Below the pieces are notes generated by a model. It saw only the letters and a program-made list of their open reading frames with translations, was not told the origin of the DNA and did not search any database. A DNA stretch of 63,913 nucleotides, filler included, from Collodictyon triciliatum (lineage: Eukaryota): assembly GCA_043381765.1 (NCBI GenBank). It is 9 parts of 9 records of this genome, joined end to end, with 100 filler letters (N's around TTAATTAATTAA, not from the genome) between each part and the next. Parts side by side here need not be neighbours in the genome. Positions count along the whole stretch, not along the records: positions 24,506 to 32,563 come from JBHJMP010003606.1; positions 32,664 to 40,720 come from JBHJMP010003607.1; 7 more parts are not named here. One strand, written 5' to 3'. This document shows positions 25,521-40,168 of the stretch, in pieces. The position numbers were made by a program, and so were the translations under genes. How positions within the stretch are numbered: position 1 is the stretch's first letter; each line of letters begins with the position of its first letter.

Positions 25521-28500
25521 ATGAGCACATTCACCCGAAGCCAAAAAACCTCCGCAAAGTTGCGCAGTGCACAGACGGAGTCAGAAAAAAGCCGCGCAAC
25601 AGTAGTAACTCGCATCGACAGACAAGCGCACAAGAAACGAAAGGCTGATGATGCAGAATCCGAACTCGCTTGTCAGAGCGACGGTTGTGCGGCCGTGGCT
25701 TCTCACTCGGGTTCCACAGAGACGAATGAGACGGAGTGGAGCACTACCCCATATCCGCCCTTGGCTGACGATGAGACGGAAGAAAGTGAGCTGGGCTATG
25801 AAGGTGATTTATTCGGTGACCCTAACTCCTCTGTCTCTCTCTCTCTCTCGTGTTTTCTTTCCTTTTCCTTCCTGATTAATGAGTTCTTAATTTAGTTAAA
25901 AGAAGTGTTCTGTTGATATTGAGTGGGTGTAGACAAATTACCATACTCTTGATACACACAAAAAATAATTTATATGCCTTTTTTTTTTTTTTGTATCAAA
26001 GTCAAAATGAGCTCTCTTTATTATTGTGATATAATTTATAATGTTTATCGTTTCAGAAGCCAGAGACATTCATCAATCATCTGAAACAGTCGCTCCAACA
26101 AAGGCCTGTCCATCGACCTCAAAAACAGCCTCAACTTTCTCGAGCTCGTGTATATTTGACTACTTTCCTATCATTCCCTATTTTGTACGCAGACTTTATA
26201 TTGGACGCGTCCAACTTAATCCCTCTTTAGATATGCTGCCATATGCTATTTTCCCTTAGATGGCCGTAAAATTAAAATTGTATTTTAATGATTTCGCTCA
26301 AAAATATAGCTATAGAAGATACACAAAAATACAGCTTAATCACATACCCGGCAGCCTCATCGGCATCTGTTGTTCGCAGATTGTGGCGTGCCTGGAGTGA
26401 TGATGAATCAAATATCTTTTTCAAATATCTTCGGGTTTATGGAAAGAACTTTCACAAAATCAAAGAGAAACTTGAATCCAAGAGTAGGGAACAGGTATAT
26501 TCGGCTGATCATTTCTTCTTTATATATACTGCTGATTATTCCCAATCACCGAGCAATATCAAATCAATGATGTAAATGTACTGTCATTTTGTGGTGATAT
26601 CTAACTCCTTGACCATCAAAGCTTCTTCAATAGTATTCCGTTTTTTTTTTTAAAAAAAAAAAAAAGAAGTTAATATCTGTAAAGACAAATGGAGAAACAA
26701 ATAATAGGTGAGGCATTTTTTCTATCGAACTTTGAGGAGAATCATTAAGCTTCTTGCTGCGCATTCGTATAATATTGATATAAAAGAGAGCAAATCTGCC
26801 ATATTCACTCTGTTATGCTATTGGCAATTAAAATTGAAGGTAATATTTGCTAGGCCAATAGTCTTTGGAAGTAGTATATTTTGTGCTTTCTTAGACTTCG
26901 AAAAAGCTATCCTTTTTCTTTTTTTTTCTATCGACAGAATAATGTATTTCGGTATTTCCCATTCATTTTGTAATTGTATATATGAATATCATATCAATAA
27001 ACTAATAAATCGACACCATATCATCATTTAAGATCGGGGAAGCAGGGAAAGGAAAAGAATCCTCCATCGCAGAGAGCACTTATGCAACATATTTATATGA
27101 ACTCATATCAACAGGGTGATTATGATTTTTCAATTACTGTCATTTTGCAATACTAGAATGAAGTATGAAGATAGAGTATATGAATGAATATATACATTTT
27201 TTGAAAAGAGATAGCAATTCATTATTGTAAATTATAAGGTCAACAAAAATTCGTACGAGCAAAAATTTCAAGTATGGATCAATATTTTTATATTCATAAA
27301 AAAAACCAACATATAGAAGTTATATGAAATAAATTCATGTGGTTTTAAAAGTCCCTCTTTTTGCCATCGCACAATATTTATAATCAATCCTCTATTTATC
27401 CATATAAATTATCATCGATTCTACTTAGGAGCTGCGTCGTCAAGGTGGACGAATATATTCCAGAAGTTAAAAAGGTAGTTTAAGGAAAGCCTTGGAAAGG
27501 GTGACTTCCTTCTCAATATCATGATGTAGTATGACCCTAATTGAAATGCCTTTTTTTTTTTTTCCTTCAAGAAATTCCGATCGTATTTAATTTTGTGCGA
27601 CCGTTCAGTTCCGACACACAACAATGTCACCTTTTTATTATACTAAGCTGCTATTAGTGCAATTATAATTAATACCATTTCTCAATAGCTTGTACCTCCA
27701 ATACTGCATTCACAGGAACTGTGTCCAATCAGTAAAGCTCCAATTCATGCTGAGTGTTTAGAGGCAGATAATGTGGCCAGGATTGTTTCTCTCCAAACGT
27801 TACCAATAAAAGATGTAATCGCAACCCGTAATGATAGTAGAGGTAATGAAAGTGCAATTTATGGAAACAACATTAAGTCTTGCTGGCTTTCTCTCGTGAT
27901 TGAGTCATTCTATTTTTCAACGTTATTTATACCCCAATTGAGCTGTTTGGTATTGGTTTATTCTGACTCTAAAATATTTCTCCAAACGAAATTTTAGATG
28001 AAGCTCATTTACCAGTCAATAAACAACCTGAACAACCAAATCAAAAAATTGTTGACTTGGGAATATCTCAGATATCTCTACCACCACAGAGATTAGAACA
28101 AACAGACAAACCCATTCCTGGAGAACAAAACCATTCGAAGGTGCTACTTTTTTCGCCCAACACAGCTATTGGTATTAAAGGGGATGCAGCTAATGGCTGC
28201 AATCGTGAATCGGTTTTCTCTTCAGGATACCCTTCTTTTTACAAGTTGGTTCCCCAGAGTGAGGCACATGAGCATTTGAGCTGGTTATCTCTGCAACTAA
28301 GAGCTGAACAGATGACGATGGTAATGGATATGTTGGAAGAGAATGCAAGGTGATGAAAGGCCTCTCCTATTTTCTCTCCTTTTCTTACTCTTCTTTTTCT
28401 CTCCTTTTTTTTTATCTGTTATCTTCTATCTTCACTCACAGGTTTATTTAACACAAAAAATTGTGCACTTCCTTGCAGGACACAATAATATGAATGTTCT

Positions 28501-30514
28501 CTATCGCTAAAGCAACTGTATATATTACCGCTGTATTTTAATTTAATGTACTCTTTTGCAAATGCATAGACTCAAAATGCAAGCACAGTGTGGAAAATAC
28601 AATCCTTTTGATGCACCTTCAAATGCAGATTCCAATGGTCATGTACTTCACTTTACAGATACACTCGGAAAAAAATGTGACGAAAATACAAGTAAGCAAG
28701 TAATGCTGTAGACATTATTTGTCACCTGGAGTCCACAGCCGGGAAGTTGCCTCACAATTCTCATTCTGATACTGGTAACACAGAATCTGCTGAGCCTACT
28801 CACGCTGCAGAAACTGTGGAACAACTCAAGGAAAAACTTGTTCTGCATTTGGTTCCAGCAGATAACTCCACTGAGACGATTATGTGTGATGTAGGATACA
28901 ATCCAAAGCTGCAGTAAGAAATTTAGGCCCTAATGAATCGAATACAAATTCGTAAATGTTCTCATACAAACCCCTTTTTATTTCATTTTAAATGTGAGCT
29001 ATATAACTTGAGTTTGGAAGAAATATAAAAACCGGCATTTGTTTTGTTTGTTTGTTTGTTTTTTCTTATTCTTTTTCTTCGATGGACATACATGTTACAC
29101 ATCAAAAAAAATAATTACATCCTTTACTTTTTATTTTTGAAAACTAATAGGCTTTCGTTTAAGAGCAACAAAACTTTCGAAAGCATATTTTCGCACTTGG
29201 CGAAGAAGTGGTGCAAAGTAGAGCAGCAGAAGGAATTGGTTTGCGCTGTTATCCTATCAATAATGCTAACCGATTAATTTAAGCTAAAATATTGTGGACA
29301 AGCACATCAAACTCTCTCTCTCCAAAATGTCAGTGATTGATGTTGAAGTAAACATGCTTCATATTCTACATCGAGATATCTGACATACAGTGGACACTTT
29401 ATTGTGCTTTTGCATTTTTGCTATTTTTCACCATTCAAAATTTAAACGATTTAAATAGTCACCCGTTACACTCTATTTGACCCACGAAGAGAGTGGTCGT
29501 TTCATCACCAGTAGAGAGCCGCAAAATGTGTACTCTATTTATAAAGACATAGGCTCACCGGAACCTTTTATTTTGGAGTATAGTTGGGTATGGCATATGA
29601 TTACCTTTATCAAACTGCAATCGTCGCTTTTTTCTCTCTTTTTTTTCCCTTTTTTTCCCTTTTTTTTCCCTTTTTTTCCCTTTTTTTCCCTTTTTTTCCT
29701 TTTTTTTTTTCCTTTTTTCTCCGTGTGCAACTCTGCAGACCTAATATGGACCTTATGAATTACTGCTGTCCTCTATGCATTACAGTCAACAAAACTCAAC
29801 TCCAACCCCTCCAGAAGGTGTTGTCACCGCAGAAAGCCGCTGGTGTGTCGGGAACAAACGCCCCGGTTAATAGTGTGCATCCAGCCGAGTACTTGAACTC
29901 CTTCCAAGAGCCTCTCGCCAGCAACTCCAGCACTGGTGCTTGGGCTTCTGTTTCGCACAACCTCGTCTCATCTCCAGCAGCGAGCATATCAAACGCGCTC
30001 TTTGGGATGGCTCACAAGTCTACAACAAGCACTATACCCATTTTTGGGGACAGTATGGACGGCTTCGGCATTCATTGGGAATCCCCCGGAACACAAGCAA
30101 AGAAGTACTGGGAGAAATACGAGGTAAGCGCGATGCTGCCAGCGTTTCGGAATATGTATTTGTGCTACTCCCAGGAACAATTACATGCATATATGACAAA
30201 TGCTTATTTTCCCCTATCACCTTATTTTCTCAGGTTTGTGAATCCCTTTTAAAAAAAGAAAAAAAGGAATACAAGATTATTCACAAGACCGAATGATAAT
30301 TTCCCTTAATTTGTAGCGGAAGGAGTCCAACGGATTCGCATCACAGACCCGCCCGTCTCCTCCGCGCGTAAATGACGACACGCGACAAAAAGCTGTGGAT
30401 ACTTTAAACACAAGCCTTGGTTTGACACCGAATCGAATCGTCCTTCCACCCTCGGAGAACTCCATGAGTTTGGGGAATGCAGGGAACTCTAGCTTCGGCA
30501 GTTTGTGGTCGTAA
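25521..30514 (+). CDS. Cramped/CRAMP1- or TKI1-like SANT/Myb chromatin protein, multi-exon
   Basis: RRLWRAWSDDESNIFFKYLRVYGKNFHKIKEKLESKSREQ|VRHFFYRTLRRI SANT domain, and a second conserved block KLVLHLVP...GYNPKLQ|LSFKSNKTFESIFSHLAKKW...PFILEYSW as in plant TKI1 and animal CRAMP1. Confidence 0.8.
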
Positions 30515-31117
30515 GTCAGCTTTGTTCGTGTGAGAGAAGACAAAGAAAACATTTAGAGCCTTTTTCGGCTTCGCCTGATGCATAAGTATATCTACTGTAT
30601 AAACTGATGAACGCCATACAGAGGAACCAGCTTTGTAAAGCCGTGTTTTATTATATATATATATATATATATATTTTTGACTTTGATACTATTAATTTCT
30701 TTTCGTTTTTCTCATCTTTTGTGCAATTGTTTTTTCTTTTTCTTTTTTCTTTTCTTCAAAAACAAATCTAAGTTTCACTCAAAATCTTCCATCTTGTGCT
30801 CTGTTAGTGGCTGGGAGACTTCCTACATTCAATGCCTATTGCGTGCATATTTTCCATCCACCAACATGTATTTAATTGCTCCATGGCGAATAAACTATCA
30901 TTCAATTGTGTGTGATATCGCAAAGACCTCTAGAGTTTGTTTTTACAATCACCTCAGTGCGTATGGGAGCGCGATTAAACTCGTCCCCTGTGATTTTCCT
31001 CTTGCTTTTGATTATGCGGATTAGTTTATTAAAAGCCATGTGACTACATCGCTGAATTCTTTCTTTTTTTTCTCTTCTTTCTTCATTTTCTATTGTGCGT
31101 ATGGTTATTGTTGGGTA

Positions 31118-32097
31118 TCAAGCATCATCAGCCTCCTTCTCGGCCGCATCCGAGTCTGACGCAGAGTCTTCATCGCCGGAGTCGGATGCGGACGCTTCGC
31201 TTTCGCGCTCGTCTCGGTGGGTGCCGTCTGCATCTTGTGCTTTTTGCGATTGCTGGCGGAAACTATCCTGCAGTCTGCGTATGTAACCTGGTGTGCGTCT
31301 TCTTGTTGGTGAATAGAGACGCTCTTTCGCTCTGTCTATGCATCGCGTAAGTGAGTTGTCAGACCTGCGGTCTTCTTCTCTGCATGGCTGTTCCTCGTCT
31401 CCCTCTTCGAGGTCCTCGCTGCAGTCGTCAATAAACTCATTCAGCAAAAGCGACTCATGGTCTAGAAATAACCCAATGTCTGTGTCATCTTCACTGCCCT
31501 CTGCGTGTATGTGTGTGTGTTTGTCAATAAAACTCGTTGCCGCGCAGGAAGAATAATAAGATGACTATTGGCATGGAGGTGCAGTAGGTAGGATTGCATC
31601 GGTCAAACCCTCAGAACGCCACAAAAAAAAAAAAGAATAAAAAGAGAAAGAGCGATATGAACAAAATGATATTAATTACCGATTTTTCTGTGCGTTTCTA
31701 TGGACTCCGGTTCGTTCCTTCTGGACCGTTCCATAAAGCTTTGATATCGCTGAAGTCTTTCAGGCATCGAAATCCTTTTAAGGGACTCCAGCTCAGGATT
31801 TGATGATGATTTTTCATCATTTGATGGCATGTATCTGTGTCTCTTATGTGAAGGTATCGCCGATGATGTCATGTAAGGCGCTTGTTCAAGCGAGGAGGTC
31901 GCTGGTGGTAAAGCTGTTTTGGCTGTCTCTGTGTAGTAGTTATATCGCGTCCAGTGAGAACTTCGGTTTCTTTTCAAGCGCCTCTGCTCTTTCTCGCTGT
32001 CAGACGAGTCCAAGTCGGCAAGTTCTGTATCAGACTCCGAATTGTCATGTGATTTAGAGAATGCTGGTGGCCTATGCCAATGCACGAGCATATCGGC
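31118..32097 (-). CDS. C-terminal exons of a hypothetical Ser/Asp/Glu-rich protein (5' part unresolved)
   Basis: Two GC-richer open exons (ORFs 31672..32091 and 31118..31447) with GT-AG borders. Confidence 0.5.
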
Positions 32098-32563
32098 TGT
32101 TAGAATTTTTTTTTTTTTTGATTGTGCATATGTTTCAGTATCTTAAGTAGTTTTATCATATAGAAAATTGCGAAAAATAGCTTTGATGCATTTTTTATAG
32201 AGCATTGCTTTTTTTTAAAAAATAAAAATAATTATAGCTATGCTATAGTTTAGTTGGACTTGAAAGGACATAAGACGTTTAATTCATAATTATGCGATTA
32301 AAATATCAATTTTAGATTTTCTTTTCTTTTCTTTTCTTTTCTTTTCTTTTCTTTTCTTTTCTTTTCTTTTCTTTTCTTTTCTTTTCTTTTCTTTTCTTTT
32401 CTTTTCTTTTCTTTTTGAAGCGATATACAGACTGATTATTTCTAGAATGTCTTTGTGAATGTGTATAAGAGATCGACAATAGAACGCTTTTGAGAATGGT
32501 ATGTGTCAATTTGTTCAGGCGCACCATTTTCCCTCAATCTTGAGTTTTTGGATTTGATAAGGG

Positions 32564-32663
32564 NNNNNNNNNNNNNNNNNNNNNNNNNNNNNNNNNNNNN
32601 NNNNNNNTTAATTAATTAANNNNNNNNNNNNNNNNNNNNNNNNNNNNNNNNNNNNNNNNNNNN
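32564..32663. other. Artificial contig spacer
   Basis: N-padded TTAATTAATTAA. Confidence 0.97.
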
Positions 32664-32846
32664 CTCTCTTTTTTCTCTCTCTTTTTTCTCTCTCTTTTTT
32701 CTCTCTCTTTTTTCTCTCTCTTTTTTCTCTCTTTTCTCTTTTATGTTCCACGTTATGTTGTATTCGGAAGATTTTATTAGAGGATATTATCAATATTACC
32801 AACAATCAGCTTTATATTACACAAACACATATTATATCGAAACTAG

Positions 32847-35800
32847 GCGTCATCTGCTCTGAAGGCAAACGCTATTACATCCACAGAGCTTGTTCAACAG
32901 TGCTTGACTAGGGTTTGTGTTGTATCAAAAATGTGTTTTTTATTGAGTCTTTTAAAGTTATTGTACGATTATCTGGTCATTTAAAGGGGAAAACGAAAGG
33001 ATTGTATGCATTTTTATTACGATTTGCTAATCATTGATAAATCCGAATACCTTTCGATGGTAATACATATCCAGACAAATACCACCCATGTTAAAGGATT
33101 GAACGCTTTTGTGATGGTCCACGAAGAGGACTCTCTCAGGCTCGCCAAAGAGGCAGACCTTCGATGGAGGAACGGTTTTTTCTTTTTCTTTTCTTTTTTG
33201 TTGGTTTTTGTTGATTTTTATTGGTTTTTATCGGTTTTTATCGGTTTTTTATTGGTTTTTTATTGGTTTTTTATTGGTTTTTTATTGGTTTTTTATTGGT
33301 TTTTTATTGGTTTTTTATTGGTTTTTTATTGGTTTTTGTTTTTGTTTTTCCATGAATTATTTTTGTATTTATTACATATTTTTCTCGTAGAATTTTGCGT
33401 TCATCTCGTTGAGCTCTAAGTTTGTGCAGGAAGTCAGAAGAGTAGCATAGATGGCATCCCAATTGCTGTGAAAGACAATTTTTGCACTGAAGCAGGCCAA
33501 ACGACATGTGCATCCAACATCCTCAAAGGTTTCGCTATCCATCTCATCCATTCATTTTCTCTTGGGTTTCAGTGGATCTGAATTTGTAGAAACGCTCGCA
33601 CATATATGTCGATTTTTTTTTGAATTTGACAGTATAAATAAAATATTAAATAAAAAAAACATTATAGTCACAAAAGCTCTTGCTTGGGTCATGTGAACTC
33701 AGGAAATAGACTGAGGATTTATTATCTTTTCTTTTTTTTCGTAGGGTTCGTATCTCCATATGACGCGACTGTTGTTCAATTGCTCAAGGATGCTGGCGTA
33801 ATCATCTTCGGAAAGACAAATATGGATGAATTTGGGATGGGGTAAGAAATATGTGGCGATGTCTTTTTTTTTTTTTTTCCTCCTTTCTTTGATTCAAAGT
33901 GAATATGCGGCAACAATAGAGAGGTGACTCAAAAGATCACATCATTCCATGAAACCCACCACGATTTTGATTTCATCCTTTGTGATTTTCTTTAATCACA
34001 TCATTCGATTGATTATAAAATGTCGTTTGGTCAAGTAATATATTTCGTTCAGGTCAGCCAACACCTTCAGTTGCTATGGACCTGTCCTAAATCCATGGAA
34101 CAAAAGCCGCGTGGCAGGTGGAAGCTCTGGAGGCAGTGCAGCTGCAGTTTCTGCATACGCATGCTTTGGGTAACTGGTTTCTCAAAAAAAAAACTCTTTC
34201 TTCTACATATCCACTTAGTTGCACTTCCTTGAATATTATGCCCAGTCTTTTAACAAAATTGAATCATAATATGTGTTTATTTATATCATCGAAGGGCGCT
34301 TGGGAGTGACACTGGTGGCAGTGTTCGTCTACCTGGAGCCTACTGTGGTATTGTCGGACTAAAACCCACCTACGGGCTTCTCTCGAGATATGGCCTTGTG
34401 TCCTATGCCAGCTCTCTCGATGTGCCTGGAATATTAACTCGAAAAGTTCAGGATTCTGCTCTTCTATTGGGTATGGGGTTGTGGACGTTGCTTTTATTGC
34501 TTTGATGTCTTTGGGGTTTGACTATTTGATTCTGAGGTTTGTATGTGTCTTGTTTAAAGGGCTATACGNNNNNNNNNNNNNNNNNNNNNNNNNNNNNNNN
34601 NNNNNNNNNNNNNNNNNNNNNNNNNNNNNNNNNNNNNNNNNNNNNNNNNNNNNNNNNNNNNNNNNNNNNNNNNNNNNNNNNNNNNNNNNNNNNNNNNNNN
34701 NNNNNNNNNNNNNNNNNNNNNNNNNNNNNNNNNNNNNNNNNNNNNNNNNNNNNNNNNNNNNNNNNNNNNNNNNNNNNNNNNNNNNNNNNNNNNNNNNNNN
34801 NNNNNNNNNNNNNNNNNNNNNNNNNNNNNNNNNNNNNNNNNNNNNNNNNNNNNNNNNNNNNNNNNNNNNNNNNNNNNNNNNNNNNNNNNNNAAAAAAGCA
34901 CTGAGTTACACTCATATCATTCTCATCTGCAGGAATACTTTGTCCAAGAACTCCCGCCGGCCTCTTTGCGCCTCTGGAAAACCGGTATTGAATGGCTTCA
35001 AAATGCAGGTGCTGAAATCCACCACATTCAAATGCCACACACAAAATATGCGCTCCCGTCCTATTATATCCTCGCTCCTGCTGAAGCATCCTCGAACCTT
35101 GCGCGCTATGGTGGCGTAAATTATGGTATTATACTTAAATACTCTTTTATTATTTTGAAAGGAAAAATGCTTCATAATACATATTTAATGGGTGTGTGGT
35201 GTATGACATAAATAAACTTCATTTATGTATGAATATATCTGTAAAATCCTCTTGGTTGACGTATCCACATTTACTTACTATTNNNNNNNNNNNNNNNNNN
35301 NNNNNNNNNNNNNNNNNNNNNNNNNNNNNNNNNNNNNNNNNNNNNNNNNNNNNNNNNNNNNNNNNNNNNNNNNNNNNNNNNNNNNNNNNNNNNNNNNNNN
35401 NNNNNNNNNNNNNNNNNNNNNNNNNNNNNNNNNNNNNNNNNNNNNNNNNNNNNNNNNNNNNNNNNNNNNNNNNNNNNNNNNNNNNNNNNNNNNNNNNNNN
35501 NNNNNNNNNNNNNNNNNNNNNNNNNNNNNNNNNNNNNNNNNNNNNNNNNNNNNNNNNNNNNNNNNNNNNNNNNNNNNNNNNNNNNNNNNNNNNNNNNNNN
35601 NNNNNNNNNNNNNNNNNNNNNNNNNNNNNNNNNNNNNNNNNNNNNNNNNNNNNNNNNNNNNNNNNNNNNNNNNNNNNNNNNNNNNNNNNNNNNNNNNNNN
35701 NNNNNNNNNNNNNNNNNNNNNNNNNNNNNNNNNNNNNNNNNNNNNNNNNNNAAAATCAAAGCAGAGAACAAAGCCAGCCGACAACCCTTTCAGAATTTTA

Positions 35801-36300
35801 GTGTGGATAATTTGCCTATTCAATTTGAATATACATGAGATAAGAAAGAAGATATAATTGGGCGATGTGGTTTGCTTACTCTTCTGATTCGCCGCCCCAG
35901 AGTCGATGTTCTCCTCACACCCACCGCAACGTCGACAGCCAAGGACACTCAGGCAGTGTCTTCCAACCCCGTGGAGATGTACATGGATGATGTGATGACC
36001 GTCCCGGCAAGTCTGGCGGGTATCAACTAATCTCTTTCTTTCTTTCTTCCTTTCTTTTCTTTCTTTGATTCTCTCTCTCTCTCTCTTTCTCCACATCACC
36101 AAAACACCACAGACTAAGCAGCCAAGCACTGCGCAGGTGTCCCAGCCATGAACGTTCCTGCCGGGCTCTCATCCAAGGACCGGATGCCGCTCGGCCTGCA
36201 GCTCATTGCTGCGGATTTCAGAGAGGATACGCTGTTGCGGGCTGCAAAAGTGATTGAAGATGCAGCAACATTTCCAAGCAAATGCTTCCGCAGCAGCTGA
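32847..36300 (+). CDS. QRSL1: Glutamyl-tRNA(Gln) amidotransferase subunit A (organellar GatA), 5' partial, interrupted by two scaffold gaps
   Basis: Amidase signature [58 protein letters not shown], plus GatA-type [16 protein letters not shown] and [15 protein letters not shown]. Confidence 0.93.
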
Positions 36301-36545
36301 GCAGAGGTCTCGACAATTGCAACAGTGAAAATACATCGGCTGTATGTTCATTCGGGGGTTGGATGTGTTTCTTAATCATTTTTTTTTCCTTTTCTTTTTT
36401 ATGTAAAGAAAATGAATAATTGCACACATGATACATATGCATTCTCTCTCGGAGGGAAACTGAGAGGGACTGCTGGGTTGTTGACAAGGAGATGTGGTTT
36501 ATTCTCTCGTTTGTGTGTGTGTGGTTGTGATTACGATGCCGCCCA

Positions 36546-39031
36546 TTATGATTTCCAGATTCGACAGGTATTATCCTTCGAACCTAGTGCGGCACGTAGA
36601 AATGTTTCGGGTATTCAGATTACGTTGACAAAGAAAAGGCCGCCCGTTCGAGTCAATTAATATATCGATTTGTGGGTATAAACTTCTTTTTTTTTTTTTG
36701 GACAGGAGAAGAAAAATAGGCGCCCACCGCCCTGCTTGTCATGTCTGGTCGATAACCACAGAGAATGGCGAACACAGACAAAGGAAAGCAAGGTAGTGAT
36801 GGATGAGTTCAATCTACCTGTGATGATGGTGTCTCCCTGGTAATTGAACGCGCAACTGAAGATTTCGTCCGTATGGCCTTCCAAAACCTGCACAAATCGG
36901 AGGGCACAATTAGATGTGAATATTAAGTATAATACCTTATTTTTTTTTGTCTCATCTTTTTTGGGGTTATTTTATACCTGAAGTGACTCCCCTGTTTCGA
37001 CATCCCACAGTCGACATGTTTTATCGCTGCTGGCAGAGATAACGCGATTTCCTTGTGGGTTGAACGAGACCTTGATGCGCATATTAAAGTAAAGAAAAAT
37101 AGTGTGAGGCAACAGAATTGATGCATAAGCGTTCACTAAGCCCAAACGAAAACGCTGGAAAGAATATGGCGTGGCCATTAAACTATGTGTTTCTAGGTGA
37201 AACGGAACACAAGCAGAATTCGATAGGAAATACCTTTGAGATTTCACCCTCATGTCCGACAAGCGAAGATATGCATGTTGCCGTAGAGACGTCATAAATG
37301 CGAGCAGTTCCATCAGCGGATGCAGTGACAACTCTGGAGCCAACGTTGTTGAACGACACGTCCAGAATTTCATCGTTGTGTCCACTGTCATCAGTCATCG
37401 TGTTTCCGAAAAAAGAGAATAATAGGGGGAAGGGAGATGGAAGAGAAAAAAACACCCAAAGATATGTAAAAAGAAGGTTGATTAATTCAAATTTAGTTTA
37501 ATGTACTGCAAAAAATAATTATTTTTCACAACAGATAAGAATGAGTGCAAAAGCGTAGTGTAGTATTTTATTGAGCGAATCAGAAAGCTTATGTGTAATA
37601 TCGTTAGCATCCCAACAGCTACTGCTTTCATTAATTATATATACGATTGAATAAAAGGGACATTTATGTTTTCTCACCGGAGAGTGCTGATACATTGTCC
37701 AGTACTGACACTCCACAACTTGCATGTTCTGTCGATTGACCCTGTCACGACAACATCGCCCGCATAATTAAACTGAGTGCTCGATATTTCGCCCCGATGG
37801 TCAGCAAAAGTATGAACGCACCTTTGTTTATTATTTAAAATCGCGGTGAAATAAGGACGGTTGAAATGATTAACTTATCATATAAACATACAAGAAGCAG
37901 ATAATTAGCCATAGGTTTGATGGAATAACATTTCCTGCTAAAAATGAAGGCAGGGAATCAGAATCGGGAGAAAACATACAGGAGGGCATAAGAAAACAGG
38001 GATATGATTACTTTCCACTTCGCACGTCCCATAGCTTTGCAGTATGGTCGAATGACCCTGTAATGAGCATGTCCCCAGTGGTGTTGAAATGGAGACTGAC
38101 GATTTCACCTGTGTGACCCTATATATTATAAGACACAGGCGCGGAGATGATAGTGGAAATCAGTGTGATTGCAGCAGTAGTACACGGACAAAATACCATC
38201 TTTGTATTGGGAAACTAACGTCATTGGATATCATAAGCAACTATAAAGCACACCGATGCTCATAATGTAGATGGGTGGAGAGAGGAACGTTTGGGCATAG
38301 CTCCGATTTGTTTCAAGTAAACGAAAATTACATTCAAGGAGTACATCTCTTGTCCTGTCTCTACATCCCAAAGCTTTGCGTTGCTGTCCATAGACCCGGA
38401 TGCAATCACGGTGCTTTGTGGATTAAATGACAAACACACGATTTCAGTCTGGTGGCCACGAAGAGTGTAATACAATTCGCCTGTCTCAGCATTCCATAAC
38501 TGCGAAGGAAAATACAAGGTAGAGTTATCATCTGAGATGAAAGAGAATGCCAAGAGTAAATGAAAGACCAAAATGATTATCTTGGACAATAAGGGAAATG
38601 GATTTCATAGAATGACTCGGCGAAAACATGAGATCGTCGACAGGTATAGCTATCTTCAGATGCAAATTGTATTGAGGTAGGTGATATTTTGGGTTTAAAT
38701 TACTTTGCATGTCTTGTCAAATGACCCAGTGACGATTTTGTCTCTAGTGAATATTATTTTTAGTCATACTGCGATCCATGGTTGTCTCTTCCAACGAATA
38801 AAATACAATCAGCTGATTCAAGACGGAGACATACCCGAAAGGATTGTTAAATGCTATTGCGTACACTACGTTTTTGTGTCCTTCCAAAGAAAGAAGCTCT
38901 TCGCCGGTGTATGTGTTCCAAACTTTGCATGTTCGATCATAACTTCCCGTGATGAATCTTCAACGGAGAGAATCAAAAATGATGATGATGATGATAATAA
39001 TAATAATAATAAAAATAATAAAAATAATAAA

Positions 39032-39078
<47 letters not shown>

Positions 39079-40168
39079 TAATAATAGTAATAATAATAAT
39101 AATAGTAATAATAATAATAGTAAAAATAGTAATAATAATAAGTAGAAGTATAATAAAAGGAAAGTTTTCCTTCCTTGAGATAAGAGTCCTTTTTTTCTGT
39201 ACTTAAAAGATAGAGAAATATCTAAATGTATGCAACAAAAGCACAAATAATGCATCATTCGTTGCGCTTTTGCGTAGTTCGTATCACAGGCAATTAATTT
39301 TGAGGGAGGAAGAAAACTAATCGAGCAAGAACCTATCTCCAGATTTGTTGAATGCACAATTTGTCAGCGGAAGGATATGCGCTCGAAGGATTTTGAAGAG
39401 ATAAAAGTATTGATTTTCCTGAACTTCCATTTTCTCTACCAACTCTACAAATGGTGAATCGGACTGTGAGAAAAACGAAACGAGGTCATTTATATTTGTA
39501 AATCAGATAACAGACTTAAAATACTTGGAGTTTATAGAATGAGAAAAGGAACAAAAAAAAAAAAAAAAGAGCATATGTCAGCTTCGAGACAGACTCATGA
39601 TCAGTTTCTTGATTTGTGGTTTTCGCTGCTCTGTAACAAGCGGTTCTTGTCGGGCAATAGTATTGATAAGAGCGTCGACATCGGTTCTTGGAACATATTC
39701 ATAATAGAAAAATGAGTCAGGCAGGTTCGTGCATTGTTACAAGTTACCGATTATCGCGAGGATGGAATATTCTTTGAACAAAAAAAAAGTGCGTTTCAAA
39801 TAAGGGGTTGAGACCAACTAAAGTGAGATAGTAGAAGGTAAATCATCTTAACAAGGGATGTTCTTGTTCGAGCATATGAAAGAGGTTAAAGAGGAAGGAA
39901 GGTTGTCCAGGTTTTTTTTTCTGTTCGTATTCTTCTCCTTACTCTGGGCTCAGGCCAAGCAGATCGATAGACTTTGTCTTCAATTCGCCAGTTTGTTCGT
40001 ACTCCAGAATGATACCTGCAAGACGCAATTCACTGAGTAAACCTCACGAACAAACATGTCTTAATAGTGACGACTTTCGCACTCTGAGCGAAGCAGACGA
40101 CCAAAGAAAGCAAAACAAGAGTACAAACCTGGTGGATAATAGCGCAGGAGAAATCGGCGGAGTTTCAT
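36546..40168 (-). CDS. DAW1: Dynein assembly factor with WD repeats 1 (ODA16/WDR69), 13 exons
   Basis: N-terminus [33 protein letters not shown], then [19 protein letters not shown]40 repeats, and the end [30 protein letters not shown]. All 12 introns are GT-AG and phase-consistent. Confidence 0.96.
38978..39141. repeat. (AAT)n-type microsatellite in a DAW1 intron
   Basis: Directly visible. Confidence 0.9.

Noticed and set aside
34481-36129. Long ORFs spanning N-runs, and the poly-F/K/L ORFs throughout the window
   Set aside because: Artefacts of scaffold gaps and low-complexity repeats.
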